From the NCBI GenBank assembly GCA_951406725.2, contig OX597826.1, forward strand, positions 26,040,001 to 26,104,000: a stretch of 64,000 bases of DNA. Reading direction: 5' to 3'. Under the pieces are notes generated by a model. The model ran no database searches. It saw only the letters and a list, made by a program, of their open reading frames with translations, and was not told the DNA's origin. The stretch's first letter is position 1. Each line of letters starts with the position of its first letter. Made by a program: the position numbers and the translations under genes. This document shows, one piece after another, positions 27,799-45,631 of this stretch. The stretch comes from Octopus vulgaris (taxonomy: Eukaryota).

Positions 27799-30700
27799 TT
27801 TCTATTCCTGAGCGCCATACTAATACATTTGTTTGTTTGTACTCCACCTGCCTTCGTCTTTTGCTTATTTTCGTAAACCTTTCCGTTATATATCACGCGC
27901 TCACGTGGTCTCACTTTGATCCTATATTCTACCACTACCACTACCAACTCTTACTTTTCCTCGACGGACACTAACCTCTCCATTGAATTTTTTTACCTCT
28001 AAGAACACCTACCCTCTGGCTGCACTTCTCCTACACGGATCAAAGTGACTTTGTTATTGATGTGAAATCCTTGAAATACACCACGACGTTTACACTTTTA
28101 ACCTTGAACTTGTTCGTAAAAACTGTCTCTTTCGTTTTCATTTTTTTCATTTTATTTTTCTCATATATTTTTTTTACATTCATTTCATACTTTCCACACT
28201 TCCTGTATTTTTTGTCCTTTCTATCGCCTCTTCCTTCTCTGGATGTCCATACTCTGTTCTCTCTGCTTGCACCCGCTTATTTTTGCCTCCTTCTCTCTCT
28301 CTGCTTCCTTTCTTTTCTTTTCTTTTCTTTTTCTATTTGTCCCATTTTTTTTGCCTTTATTTTATGCTTCTACCGCCTTTTTTTTATCTAGTTTTTTTCT
28401 CTCTTTTTTTTTCGCTATTCCACCATGCCGGATTATAAATCCTACCTCCTCACTCTCCACCATCGTCTGAAAGATTACCTCTGCTTACTTCCTTCCAAAA
28501 GCTTTCAGCCGTCCATTAACCTCTCTCTGCTCCTTTTAAAAAAAACCCCGCTTCTCTAGCCACGTCTCTTTTCTAAGCCGCTGCCTACATCACCGCCTCA
28601 TCCCTAAAGGTTTCCGCTTCCATTTCCACCCTGCTCTCCACTCTGCTTCATCCATCCTACCGCCTTATGCGTGCCACCATTCGCTCCAATCTCTCTAAAC
28701 TACATACCATCGACTGCATTCTCCCTCCTGCTTTTTCCATCTTTTTCTCCTCTCTGCCGCCCTCCATGCTCAAAACACGTTGCGCTTCATTATCTATTTA
28801 AATCACCTCTTTCATCAATTTCTTTCCAATACCAAACTTCGTAAACTCCAATCACTCCTCTATTCCATCACACCCGACGCCACTACCCCAACTCCTCTAC
28901 TACCCTTCTCCCCCCCGATAGGCTCCGCTCACCCACACCTAAACCCACTGTCCCTCCTAACAACCCCCCACACACCTCCCCACTCCCTCTCCCTCAGACC
29001 TCCACCAGCCCTACCACCCCTCCTACTCCTATTTCATCCACGCCTCCTACTTCTATTCGGTCCACCCCTTCTCCACTTCAGTCTGTTATTACGATTCCTC
29101 CAGACCTTCCCCTCTCTGCGGCGGAACGCTCCGTCTTCAGTAGGGGTCTGCGTTTCATCCCCCTCACTCCATCCTGTAAGAAATTCCAGACGCGTGCTGA
29201 TGTCAACAGCTTTGTGCGCCGCGACCGGTTGGGTGCGTTTTTCCGCGACATACCACCCACACCCAACGAGGAGGACTGCTTCACTGACCTGGGCCGCCGA
29301 CGATCCCAGTGGACGCCTGCCCCCGGCCAGTTCCAAGCAGTGGATCTTTTCGCGGGTGCCTGTCAGCGCGCGTTGGAGCGGTTCAATTTCTCCAGGCGCC
29401 ACCGCCGCCTCAACATCTCCCCGGCCGAGCTCTCGGCTCTTCGTTCCCTCCGACGGCGCGCTGACATTGTCAACAAACCGGCCGACAAGGGTGGAGCTGT
29501 GGTGGTGTGGAGCGCGGACCTCTACAGGGCCGAGGCGTTCCGCCAACTCAATGACACCTCCTTCTACTTCCCTCTGCCCTCTAACCCCACACGTAGCTAC
29601 CAACAGACGGTATCCTCTACTGTCCGCGACCTCATCTCGTCCTCCCGTCTCCCCCGCACCGCATCCAACCTAATTGTGCGAACCCCACGTACCCCCACCA
29701 TTTACTTCCTCCCCAAAATCCCCAAACCCAACAACCCTAGCCGCCCCATCGTCTCCGCCTGTAACTGCCCCACGGAGCTCATCTCAAAATATCTCGACCG
29801 TGTCCTTGCCCCCCTAGTGGTGTCTCTTCCCTCTCACATCTACGACACCAACCATGCTATCCGGCTTTTCAACTCTTTCTTCTTTCTTCCCGGCTCCTCC
29901 AAACTCCTCTTTACAATGGACATCTAGAGCCTCTATACCGTCATCCCTCACCACGAAGGACTGTGGGCACTTCAACACTTTCTCGACCTCCGCCCCAACC
30001 CCGAACCCGACATCTCTACACTCATTCTTCTGGCCGAACTTGTCCTTTCTCTTAACTGCTTCTCGTTCGCGGGCGAGTTCTACCAAAAGATCTCGGGAGT
30101 GGCCATGGGAACGCGAATGGGCCCCAACTACGCGAACCTGTTCGTTGGCTATGTTGAGGCCCAAATATTCTTTAGTTTCATTGGTCCCACTCCCGAACTA
30201 TACGGTCATTACATTGAAGACATTATCGGTGCCACCTCACTCTCCCGTGAACATCTAGACTCCTTCCTCTCTTTCGTTTAATCCTTCCATCCTGCCCTCC
30301 ACTTCACCTGCACTATCTCCAACACCTCTGTCTCCTTCCTCGACATTTCGGTCAGCATTCATCACTCCACTCTTACCACCTCCATTCACTACAAACACAC
30401 AGCCTCACACTCATACCTAAACTTCTCTTCTCCCCTCTCTCCCTCTCCCTCTCCCGTCCTCCTCCTCTCCCGTCCTCATCCTCTCCCTACCTCTCCTCCT
30501 CTCCCTACCTCTCCTCCTCTCCCTACCTCTCCTCCTCTCCCTACCTCTCCTCCTCTCCCTACCTCTCCTCCTCTCCCTACCTCTCCTCCTCTCCCTACCT
30601 CTCCTCCTCTCTCTACCACTCCCCTCCTCTCCGCCAGTCCGCTCCCCCACCTCCTCTCCTCCTCTCCCTCCTTCTCCTCCTCTCCCTTCTTCTCCTCCCC

Positions 30701-31412
30701 TCCCTTCTTCTCCTCATATCCCCCTCCTCCCCATCTTCTCTCCCCCTTCCCTCTCTTCTCTCCCCCACTCACTGTCCCCACAACCACCACTTTACCCCAA
30801 CCCCCAGCCGAACCCACACCCCACTTGGGCTTTCCCCACTCTCGCCCCACCTCCTTACCACATCACTCCACACTACACTACACCATACAACTTTACACAT
30901 CACATCACAACACCCCCCACAGCACACCGCCCACACATCCATCCCCACATCTTTACACCTACACATACATACACATATCACATCACAACACAACACCCAC
31001 ACACCCATCCCCACATCTCCACACCCACACATACATACATACATACACACGTCCCGACCACCAGCCCTCTTTCACACGCAAATACATACTCTCTTATACA
31101 CACACGCACCTTTATGTTGGGGGCACCTTCGTTTTGGAAGTCACTTGACCCTGTTATCTCCCCTACTGTCTCTCTAGTGTCTGACCTCTGACCTCTGCCC
31201 GAAGTCAGAACACAATGATAGATCGTTAGCTCCTACACGCATTTTTTCTCTCCTTGTTTCTCTCCTTGTTTGTTTTCTGTGTATCATTCTGTCGAAGAGC
31301 GTAGGCTCGAAACGTAAAATCTTGTTCTATTTCTATTCCTGAGCGCCATACTAATACATTTGTTTGTACTCCACCTGCCTTCGTCTTTTGTTTATTTTCG
31401 TAAACCTTCCCG

Positions 31413-31418
<6 letters not shown>
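27799..31418 (+). mobile_element. Penelope-like element with ~90-bp direct terminal repeats, decayed
   Basis: RT motifs KPADKGGAVVV, YFLPKIPK...RPIVS, LFTMDI, GVAMGTRMGPNYANLF; stops present; 27799-27892 repeated at 31329-31418; endonuclease region missing. Confidence 0.88.
30481..30612. repeat. 18-bp minisatellite CTCTCCCTACCTCTCCTC, about 7 units
   Basis: Exact tandem units inside the Penelope 3' region. Confidence 0.9.
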
Positions 31419-31462
<44 letters not shown>

Positions 31463-32064
31463 GCATATATACATACATACATAACCACTAAGTCACGCAC
31501 CTTTAGATAAATATATGCACACACACACGCACGCACACAAACACACACACATATACATATGACAAACACACGCGCGCGTACACACACATGCACACACATT
31601 TAGCGGTATTTCGTCTGTTTTTACGTTCTGTGTTCCAATTCCGTCGAGGTCGACTTTGCCTTTCATCCTTTCGGGGTTGATAAATTAAGTACCAGTTGCG
31701 TACTGGGGTCGATCTATTCGACTGCCCCCCCAACCCCCAAAATTTAGGGCTCTGTGCCTAGAGTAGAAAAGAATAAACGAGTCTCTTTACATGGAAAATT
31801 TTCAAAATTGTTGATAATCGGCATTTATAAGAGCAGCGCGCTGGTAATATCATTATCACGCCAGATGGAATACTTAGCAGCATTTTGTCAGTCTACGGTG
31901 TGAGTTCAAATTCTATCGACTTCGACCTTCCCTCTCATCCTTTCTGTCCGTCGCCCTTTTCAAGCCTAACCAGGCTCATGGGCCCGGTCTCCTGGTTTCT
32001 GTGGCGTATATGTTCCCCCCATCTGGACGGGACGCAAGTCCATCGCAGCGTTACTCAAAAAACA

Positions 32065-32144
<80 letters not shown>

Positions 32145-32387
32145 GAGAGAAAGTTGGGGCGAAAGAGTACAACAGGGGTCGCCACCACCTCCTGCCGGAG
32201 CTTCGTGGAGCTTTTAGGTGTTTTCGCGCAATAAACACATACAACACCCGGTCTGGGAATCGAAACCGGGATCCTCCGACTGTGAGTCCGCTGCCCTAAC
32301 CACTGGGCCATAGTGCCTCCACTCTCATCCTAATCGACTTACACACTGTCCTCGAACTTGCAGCTCTTGTGCCAAAATTTGAAATCA

Positions 32388-32418
<31 letters not shown>

Positions 32419-32546
32419 TGTATGTATGTATGTATGTATGTATGTATGTGTGCGTACGTATGTATGTATGTATGTATGTATGTATGTATATATGTATGTG
32501 TGCGTATGTATGTATGAATGCATGTATGGATAGATGGGTGGATATA

Positions 32547-33099
32547 TTGGGTTGTCCGGAAAGTTTGTGCCGATTTATAGTAGCTTATCTTTTGACTCAA
32601 TTTAGAACATGCTTGAGTCCATAAAATAGGATTTGACTACGCCTCCATTTAGAGCACAGTTTAAGCTATCTTTTTGTGGAAGAAGGTTTACGTTCCTATA
32701 ATCTGTATTAATTCTGTAACCCTTTAAAATGGAAGATAAAGTTTATTTTCGGCACTTGATGCTTTGGGAACCAGACAAAAATTGCTGCAGCTCGGTTGGG
32801 ATGTGTTACCCCACCCTCCATATTCACCAGATATTGCTCCTTCGGATTTCCACTTCTGACGAATAGTCTTAATGGCAAAAAATTCAATTCCTTGGATGAC
32901 GTAAAAAGGTACCTTGATGAATTCTTTGCCATGAAACCACCTCAATTCTGGGAAGAGGGTATTTTCAAGTTAAAGGAAAGATGGAGACACATTGTGCAGC
33001 AAAATGGTTCATATTTGTTTGATTAAAAATGTAATGGCAAGTACTTATTGACCTTTTTCTTTCCTTTAAAAATCGACACGAACACCCCGGACAACCCAA
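32547..33099 (+). mobile_element. Internally deleted mariner element
   Basis: TA-flanked TIRs TTGGGTTGTCCGG / CCGGACAACCCAA; PYSPDIAPSDFH motif and C-terminal FWEEGIFKLKERWRHIVQQNGSY. Confidence 0.9.
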
Positions 33100-33191
33100 T
33101 ATACATTCATGTATATATGTATGTATGCAGGTATGTATGTATCTATACGAGCATGTTTGTGTGACGGTGAGAATATATGTGTGTGTGTGTG

Positions 33192-33286
<95 letters not shown>

Positions 33287-33704
33287 GAGAGAGAGAATTT
33301 TGCTTACATGTTTCGTACATGCGAAGAAACAAATCAAGTCCAGGATACGAAGAGAAAACTATTTGAGTTTAGGATGGGTTTCCCATGTTTAGGTATCACA
33401 TTTCCTCAAGTAGTAACTACTTGAAAACCTATCATAAAGGATCCGAATAACAAAATGCTTTGTGACTCTTAACGTTGAGAGCTGAATTACCGCCGAGGTC
33501 AATTTTGCCTTTCATTCTTTTGGGGTCGATAAAATAAAGTATGAGCCAAGCATTTAAGTCGATTACTTTTATTTAAGCTTTCCTCTCAAATGTTACTGAC
33601 CTTGAAAACTGCGACGCAAATGTGCCACTTGCAGGAAAATGTTGCGATCACGGTGTCTTTACTCCATGAAAGTCGGGTAACACTCTTTATAATTCCAGGT
33701 CTCT

Positions 33705-33743
<39 letters not shown>

Positions 33744-33791
33744 CATACATACATACATATACATACATACATACATACATACATACATACA

Positions 33792-33827
<36 letters not shown>

Positions 33828-34003
33828 TATATTATAGATATATATATATAAAGAAATTTTGTAAAAGTTCCTACCGATAATGGTTATATTTCCATACCGA
33901 AACTACTCGGTAATAATTGTTAATTTTTTAAAATTAATAATCATTTGCCCTTATATATATATATATATATATATACTTTATTTTAAGCAGCAGAAAATTC
34001 AAC

Positions 34004-34050
34004 AAAATCTGTTACTCTGAGTTTCTCGTTGCCGTTCATCAGACAGTTTT
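34004..34050 (-). ncRNA. Minimal hammerhead ribozyme candidate (isolated fragment between TA runs)
   Basis: aaaactgt-CTGATGA-acggcaacga-GAAA-ctcagag-TA-acagatttt; same GAAActcagagT element as at 15935. Confidence 0.6.
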
Positions 34051-34052
34051 TG

Positions 34053-34099
<47 letters not shown>

Positions 34100-34107
34100 T
34101 CTATTTA

Positions 34108-35377
34108 TTGGGTCATTCCGAAAATAATGCGTTTTACAGTTTTATACTTTTTCATATTTTATTTTTCAAAGTCAAGATAAGCAAAGTTCTTTTTTATTCT
34201 AAAATGTGCACTCTTTCATTTTCCACAATGCTCTTCCTTCTCTCTGGTAGACTTGCAAAGCTCTTCTTCCAAAAGTTCACTTGTCCGTAGCGAAAAATAT
34301 TTCTTCAGTGCTGTTCTGACTTCGTCTACAGAATTCATATAGTCCCCTCCAAATGATTTTGAAGACTGTAGAATATATGATAATCAGATGGGGCAACGTC
34401 CTGCGAATATGGTGGGTGGGGCACCGTTTCCCATTGAAATTGCTCCATGTGGCCGAGCATTATCCTGATGGAAAAACACCCACCGTCTTCAAAGCAAGAA
34501 TGGCAGCCTTTCTTCTATCCCTGCCGCTCAAACTACTCGCAGTACTCAAACTACTCTTTTGTTATCGTTTGGTCTGCGTTTAAAAGTTCAAAGTAGACTA
34601 AACCTTTCAAATCCCACCAAACATAACAACACCTTACGTGGGTGAAGATAGTCTTTAGCCAAGTGTGAAGCTGTGAGAGCAGATGAATGGAGGCATAATG
34701 TCGCCATCTCTAGTGATCACTCCAAATGCCATGATGTCTCCTAAATGTTTGAATTTATAACACTCGGTACATATTTTGGAGACACGGCAAGACAACAGTT
34801 GTTCTATGTGTTCACCATCTGATCCTGGCAAAGTTTTCCTCGTCTCAGAAAACCCATGCATATTCAGATGAAGGTGATGCGTGCGTTTATTCAAAACTTC
34901 GTAGCACGGTCTTTCCTCTTGTCGCTTATTGCTTGTGATAGAAATTGACCCATTCTCAGCTAGCATAAGGAATACTGAATATTTTCATGCACTACCAGCC
35001 TGATAAGAAGCTCAGGCACTCCCATACCCCTGGTGATGGACCTGATTAACTTGGAAGAATCGTTGTCAGTTATGTCCTGGATATCACCAATATTTTCAGG
35101 AGTCCTTTTCTTATCAGAACGATTAGAGTGAATTTTCCGAGCTGTCGTAAATTCGAAATTACAAATAAGCACACCCAACTCTTTCCGTGTCTTCTGCACT
35201 GTCCTCAGATTGCTATCCAAATACGCTGAAATGTTCGTATTAGCGTTTCCGATGTGAATAGCAAGCACTACAGCACGTCGTTTCCAAATTACTGGTAGAG
35301 TGAATTGTGTCATGGGGCTGTTTTTCTCACAGACGGTTCCCAACTGACACTACTATACTGTGTAGTCGACAAAATTA

Positions 35378-35385
<8 letters not shown>
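34108..35385 (-). mobile_element. Decayed Tc1/mariner fragments (probably two elements)
   Basis: TTGGGTCATTCC TIR-like end; HPPYSQDVAPSDYHIF on the minus strand; HTH-like KRTPENI...IRSITRGMGV and MAFGVITRDGDIMPPF fragments. Confidence 0.7.
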
Positions 35386-35435
<50 letters not shown>

Positions 35436-35510
35436 TAAGGGTAGAAATCAATATTTATCAATTAAAACCAGTGGTCTAACATATTAAAAAATCCGAAGGT
35501 TAAATATTTA

Positions 35511-35661
35511 TATATACCAATTAAGGACTGAACACGAAAAAGTGGACAGTCAACATGCTAGATATAGACGTCAAATCGTCATGTGGAGAATGGCGATTTG
35601 ACGTCTATATCTAGCATGTTGACTGTCCACTTTTTCGTGTTCAGTCCTTAATTGGTATATA
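35511..35661. repeat. Near-perfect hairpin with ~72-bp arms and a 7-nt loop
   Basis: 35511-35582 pairs with 35590-35661, with one G-T pair. Confidence 0.93.
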
Positions 35662-35709
35662 TATATATATATATGTGTGTGTGTCTGTGTGTGGATAAAT
35701 CAAAACCGA

Positions 35710-37753
<2,044 letters not shown>

Positions 37754-38030
37754 TGTATACCTAACAGTCCCATACAGTTAACTGTGTATGTGTATATACA
37801 TAAATGCATGCATGTGTGGTAAGTAGCTTGCTTACCGACGACAGGGTTTCGGGTTCAGTTCCACTGCGTGGCACCCTGGGCAGGTATTTCTACTGTAGAC
37901 TCGGACCGTCCAAAGCCTTATGAGTTTATTTGGTAGACGGAAACTGCAAGACGCCCGTCTTACACACATTTATATATATTTATATATAGACGATGCTTCA
38001 GCATGGCTGCAGTCAACTGACACAAGTAAA

Positions 38031-38106
<76 letters not shown>

Positions 38107-38108
38107 TA

Positions 38109-38187
<79 letters not shown>

Positions 38188-38451
38188 ATATTGTAAAGTA
38201 TAGAAGCCATCTTATCATGGCTAACCACATTGGGGAGGGGGTGTTACTGTAGCTTTATAGCCCCAAGAGATCTTCGTCTCTAGCTGGCTCTAGACACAAT
38301 ATCTGTGTCCTTGGAGCATTTGCAAAGGGAGGCCATCCCTTCCTCGCAAGCCTGAGTGATACGCTCGAACTAGTTTCGGGATTGTTGTAAAGCAATTTTA
38401 CTTACACAACATCCATAAATCATCAGCAGGAGTTTGTCTTAAATTGTATTT

Positions 38452-38512
<61 letters not shown>

Positions 38513-38858
38513 TAATTTTCTTGAATCTAAGAGTCAAGTCTTGTACTTGAATCATGATTCATGTTATTGAACTCGAAAAGACGGATATCAAAATTGACCT
38601 CGTCATTATTTGAACTCATGATATTAAGGAACACAACGTCAAGATATGCTGTAAACCAAAGCGTTTTGCTTTTCGGATCGTTATGGTAAGTTTTCTAGTA
38701 GTTACTTCTTGAGGAAATATCATATCTAACCATTAATTAGTAACCTATCCAAAACTTGAATACCATAAACTGTTTCTAAATACGTTCATGCCTTTAATGC
38801 TTTCTTGTAATTGACCCATCTTAGAAACAACACCTTATATCCTGATCATGGCGAATCT

Positions 38859-38866
38859 TATAAATA
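38859..38866 (+). promoter_or_regulatory. TATA box of gene A
   Basis: TATAAATA starting 128 nt upstream of the ATG; conserved in paralogs. Confidence 0.7.
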
Positions 38867-38986
38867 CAGAAAATTCCGTCGAGATGTTATTAATTCGCTT
38901 CCATTTTGCCGTAATTTCTTTCTCATTAGCGAACGATCTCGTGTCGAATTTTGAGCAGAGAAGAAAAAATTAAGACCAACGCCATA

Positions 38987-39083
38987 ATGAAGATGAATAC
39001 AGTCTTTTACTTAGCCTTGATAGCCCTGATGTTCGGTCTGGGGACATGTGCCGTGGTGAATATGGAGCCGAAGATGAATAAAG
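38987..39083 (+). CDS. Gene A exon 1 (signal peptide)
   Basis: [32 protein letters not shown]+G, donor gtaagc; spliced CDS 97+213+84+344=738 nt, 245 aa, no internal stop. Confidence 0.9.
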
Positions 39084-39124
39084 GTAAGCACTCCTTTAGT
39101 CCAGTACAATATAGATCATATACG

Positions 39125-39157
<33 letters not shown>

Positions 39158-39261
39158 TATATGCACATACATACATATACATGTGTGTGCATGTATACAT
39201 ATACATACACAATTATATATACATACACGTGTATACATACATAAACATGTGTGTATATATA

Positions 39262-40794
<1,533 letters not shown>

Positions 40795-41104
40795 AACACA
40801 ATCACACACACACACATACATACATATATATTATTGTGTCTGGAGAGGATCATTCTCTTTTAGTACCTTATTATTTGACACACTCACCGGTTCGATTTCC
40901 TTTCATTTATATATTTTTTGTAAAATTTTAGAAAGGATAAATAAGCAAATGAATAGAAATCGAACCGATGAGTGTGTTAAATGATAAGGAACTAAAAGAG
41001 ATTGATCCACAATTAAATACGCTTCAACACACGAATTTACATAAAGAATCTTGCGAACTAAATACAAAAACGATATATATATATATATATATATGTAAAT
41101 ATAT

Positions 41105-41467
41105 ACTCTTTACTCTTTTACTTTTTTACTTGTTTTAGTCATTTGACTGAGGCCATGCTGGAGCACCGCCTTTAGTCGAGCAAATCCCCAGGACTTATTC
41201 TTTGTAAGCTTAGTACTTACGCTATCGGTCTGTCTTGCCGAACCGCTAATTGACGGGGTCCTAAACACATCAGCATCAGTTGTCAACACACACACACACA
41301 TATATATACGACGGGTTTCTTTCAGTTTCCATCTACGAAATCCACTCACAGGCTTTGGTCGGCCCGAGGCTATAGTAAAAGACACTTGCCTAGATGCCAA
41401 GTAGTGGGACTGAACCCGGAACCATGTGGTTGGTAAGCAAGCTACTTACCACACAGCCACTCCTGCA
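41105..41467 (-). mobile_element. tRNA-derived SINE (family 2)
   Basis: Same head and tail as 17620-18041; further copies at ~37813-37960, ~49237-49625, ~52055-52460 and ~53047-53432. Confidence 0.8.
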
Positions 41468-41717
41468 TGTATATATATATATATATATACATACATATAT
41501 ACATCTATATATTGAGAATTTACAAAAACAAAACAAAACAAACGACAACAAACATATGTACTCGTTTAACGTTCGGGAGGTGAGAAAGTCTTTTACATTT
41601 CGAGCCTACGCTCTTCGACAGAAAGGAACACAGACAGAAACAGGGTGTTAAAGTAGAAAAAAGATTTAGTGGCTAGCGATCTATCATGGCAAAATACATA
41701 CACACACACACACATAC

Positions 41718-41783
<66 letters not shown>

Positions 41784-42078
41784 TATAGACACCAGTAGAT
41801 ATGATTAACCTTTAGAGGTTGGCATAACACATAACTATAGACGAGCTTCCTCACATAATTTACAATTGTGTTAACAACGAAGGTAAACAATTAGCCAACG
41901 GTCTACGTATAGCCGACAGGTTGGAAAGGTTGCATAAGAGAAATGCCTTTATCTCTACCCAATAAAAGGCCAATCATATACGAACGTATGTGACTATCGC
42001 AATACGCATACATCCATCGCATGATATATCGCCATACTTGAATAGTTAATTCGCTTTTTTTTTGTATTAAATTTACAG

Positions 42079-42291
42079 GTGATAGCACTTATGAAAGAGC
42101 TCTTGTAGAGAAACTGATGGAAAAGATTCAGTTTGATCGAATGCTCGAGAAAAATGATATCGAACCTCAGAATGAAATACTGGTCACTGAACTTGCTGAA
42201 AATCGTGAGTTGGAAGATCTTAAAGTTATGAAATGTTCTTGGAATCAGAATATAGGGGAATGCTGTGTTGGGCTGTTTAGACTCCCTCGAT
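42079..42291 (+). CDS. Gene A exon 2 (acidic pro-region plus Cys1-3)
   Basis: Acceptor tgtattaaatttacag, donor gtaagt; 213 nt, phase 1-1; GDSTYERALVEKLMEKIQ...LEDLKVMKCSWNQNIGECCVGLFRLPR. Confidence 0.9.
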
Positions 42292-42976
42292 GTAAGTATT
42301 GTTTGTTTATTTGCCCTTCTTTCAATTTATTTGAAATATATAAATTCAGTGTGTGGAAAAGATCGTAAGTTTGAACGATAAGGTATGACTGTTCGGTAAT
42401 GTAAAACTCAAAAGACAATGACTAAAATCTCATGGCAAATTGCCTGAGCTGATAGAGCGTCAGACGTAATGTCGCGTGATATTTGTTGCCCAACTCTAAG
42501 TTCTGAGTTCAAATCCCAACCAAGATCAAATTTGAATTTCGTCCTTTCATGGTCGATAAAGTATAACCAACCCACAGCGGTCAACTTATGGAACAGAAAA
42601 TATATCACAACAGATACCTATTGTTATATGATCCATCCCTTTGTGTTCTGAGTTCAAATCCGACCATGGCCTGATTGCAATGAATACTGTGAGCTACTTG
42701 AAGTTTCATGCACGGATAGCACAATAATTGGATGGGCTGTATGGCAAAGCGTGCAGTGATCTGCCAATTTTTCAGTTCCAAACTCATGTCGCTCACGTTA
42801 ATTTCTGTAGTCATCCAAACTATATATAGGTCTCTCTCTCTTTGTTTCTGTCTGTCTGTCTCTCATTCTCTCTCACTTTCTCTCACTCTCACTCTCTCTC
42901 ATTCTCTCTCTTGTTATATATACATATACATATTTTAATCTATAAAACAGAGTTAGTGTATGTTAGTGTGTGTGCG

Positions 42977-43012
<36 letters not shown>

Positions 43013-43299
43013 GTGGTCAATGAGGAAAAGTGACGAGATACTAATAGTAAATGCCACACTTGGATGTATTAGCACTCAAAAACCAACTATGACTAAAAAA
43101 TATTGGTATAAATGTAAGTAGAAAATACCTACAAAAATTTACATTGCTTGGAACTGCAAGAATTTTTCGCAGGGTTCTTGAAGCATGACCTGGAAGTAAG
43201 TGTCACCTTAGTCTTCTGGTTGTGGACAGCTGACATGTTTCCTCATACTAAGCAAAATAAACTGAGAGATTTCATCATATACTAATAAGAAGTGCTGCA

Positions 43300-45260
43300 C
43301 GGTAACTTAGATAACTTAGATATGTTTCGACCAAAGATTGGTCCAGGCCATGTCTATCTTATTAGCACCACCTGATAGGATTATTCGAATCCTGTTTAAG
43401 TCAAGTTTTGTTCAATTAGTGGGTTCTTGTTGGGTGAGTTATATCAAGTTTTCTTCAAGTAGTGAGTTCTTGTTGGGTGAGTTGTATCCAATTATGGGTG
43501 GCTTATCTGGTATTCTTTGAAGGAATCTATCCAGACTCCGTTTAAAGTTGATGGGATCCTTTTCCTCTTTGATCTCCCTCGGGACAATGTTAAATAGGGC
43601 AGGGCCTGTTGAGGAAAAGAAATTATGTTGCATTGTACATGCATGTTGTGATCTTGAATTGGGCAGGGGGCGTGTGGCCCGTGGTCCCAGTCTTGGATGA
43701 ACCTTGAAGCTAATGTTAAGGTCGTTTGGGCAAAGTTGGCGGTATATTCTCCACGTCGTACAAATGATGTACCGCTCACGGAAAGGTCGTTTATGTAAAT
43801 TATGAAGAGTAGCGGACCTAAAACAGTCCCCTGGGGAACACCGCTGGTGACTTTCGCTGGGCTTGAGTGGGCTCCATCAACTACAACATGTTGTGTTCTA
43901 TTCGCCAGGAAATACTTAATCCAGTGTAGAACTTTTCCACGGATTCTAACATTTTCCAATTTTGAGAGTAGGATATTATGGTCTACCCTGTCGAACGCTT
44001 TACTGAAGTCAAGATATATGACGTCAGAGTTCGAACCTGTTCCCAAGGCTTTGAGTACATCTTCAATGTGGTGTAAGAGCTGTGTTAGACAGTCCCTGCC
44101 ACAGCGAAAGCCATGCTGATTTGCATTTAGGAGTTTGTGGGTCTCCAGGAACTCAGCTATCCTTGATCTTAACACTCTTTCAAACACTTTAATGATGTGG
44201 GAGGTGAGTGAGATTGGGCGATAGTTGACTGCGAGGGATCTGTTTCCCTGTTTGAAAACCGGGATGACCGACTGGGATAGAAACTGTTTCGGTATATAAC
44301 CTGCGTCTAACGAATTTCTCCAGAGGTTGGTTAGAGGGACTGCAAGTTGGTGTCTACATTCCTTCAGGAGACTAGCGGGGAATCTATCAGGGCCTACGGC
44401 AGAGTAGTATTTGACCTCATTTATTGCTGCAACGATGTCAGTGGCAGTGAAGGTTACGTCTGAGATTTTATGTTGGGAGTCAACTTCGTTCGTTTCTCTT
44501 ACGTCAATATCAGTGGGAACACTAAAGACAGAGCAGTATTGTTTCTGCAGTATTTCTGCCATTTCTTTAGCATCGCGTTGGAGAATGCCGTTATCATCAA
44601 TCAATGGCCCAATGGGTGAGACGGTGGTTCTATGCTTATTTGCATAATAATAGAACACTTTTGGGTTCTGTTTGATGTTTTTGATTACCCACTTTTCCTC
44701 CACAGCTCTTTGATTTTCAATGGAGGTTTTCATGTTGGTCTGCGGATGAAGTTTTTCCAGCTCTAGTCTTTTCATTGTTGTTGAATGTGGATGTTGTGTG
44801 TGGGAATATTTTAATTGGTTGATTTTTTTGTTGAGTCTTTTGATGAGCCTGATGAGTGTTTTTTTCTTTTTAGGGAGCCGGTTTCTGTTTGTGCTAGTAG
44901 ATTTCGTGGGAGCGTGTTTAGAGCATGTATAGGTGACAATGTTTTCAAAGTGCTGCCACGCGGTCTCAATATGAGAGGAATTGAGAGTAAAAGACCAGTC
45001 GATGGAAGACAGATCCTTTCTGATTGCTCCCCAGTCCGCTTTGTGGAAGTTTATGTTGCCAAGTGAGTGCCATGCAGTGGGATTGGCTGGTTTGGTTTTT
45101 ATATATCGGGAATTAAAATTGCAGAGTACCATGTCGTGATCTGAGAGGAGAGTTTTTCGACTGAAATACTGTGAACGTAGTTAGAGTGATTGGTCAATAC
45201 CAGATCCAAGATAGTTTTATTCTGCCTCGTTGGTTCGAGCACTAGCTGAGTCAGTAGACT
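43300..45260 (-). mobile_element. CR1-group LINE fragment, antisense in gene A intron 2
   Basis: APE end ILDLVLT...SDH; RT motifs NYRPISLTSH, QHGFR, IYLDFSKAFDRVDH, SGVPQGTVLGPLLFIIYINDL; internal deletion removes the YADD region; short tandem tail (ATCTAAGTT). Confidence 0.9.
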
Positions 45261-45631
45261 AGCTGAGTCGGTAGAAGCACTAAAATATGAAATTGTACGA
45301 ATGCGGGCCGTAAACAGACTAACTCTCATCCCAGTTGTTGGAGAGGCATTGGGAGTATTATCAATTTGAGCAATTTGTTGGAGAAAGTGGATTGAGGAGA
45401 AGAGGGTAGGACATGTTCAGAAAACTGCACTATTGGGTACAGCGTTGATTTGTGATTTGTACTTGAATGATAAATATCGTGAAAAGAAACACTGACAATA
45501 GCTTGTCGTCTGCTCTTAAAAAATTAGCCGCATCAGCTGAAATCTATGAATCTGAGGAGTGAAATGATATTAATAATATTAATCTCGATTAAGGAAAAAA
45601 TATAAAGAGAATAATTATTTTCCTTTTTCAG

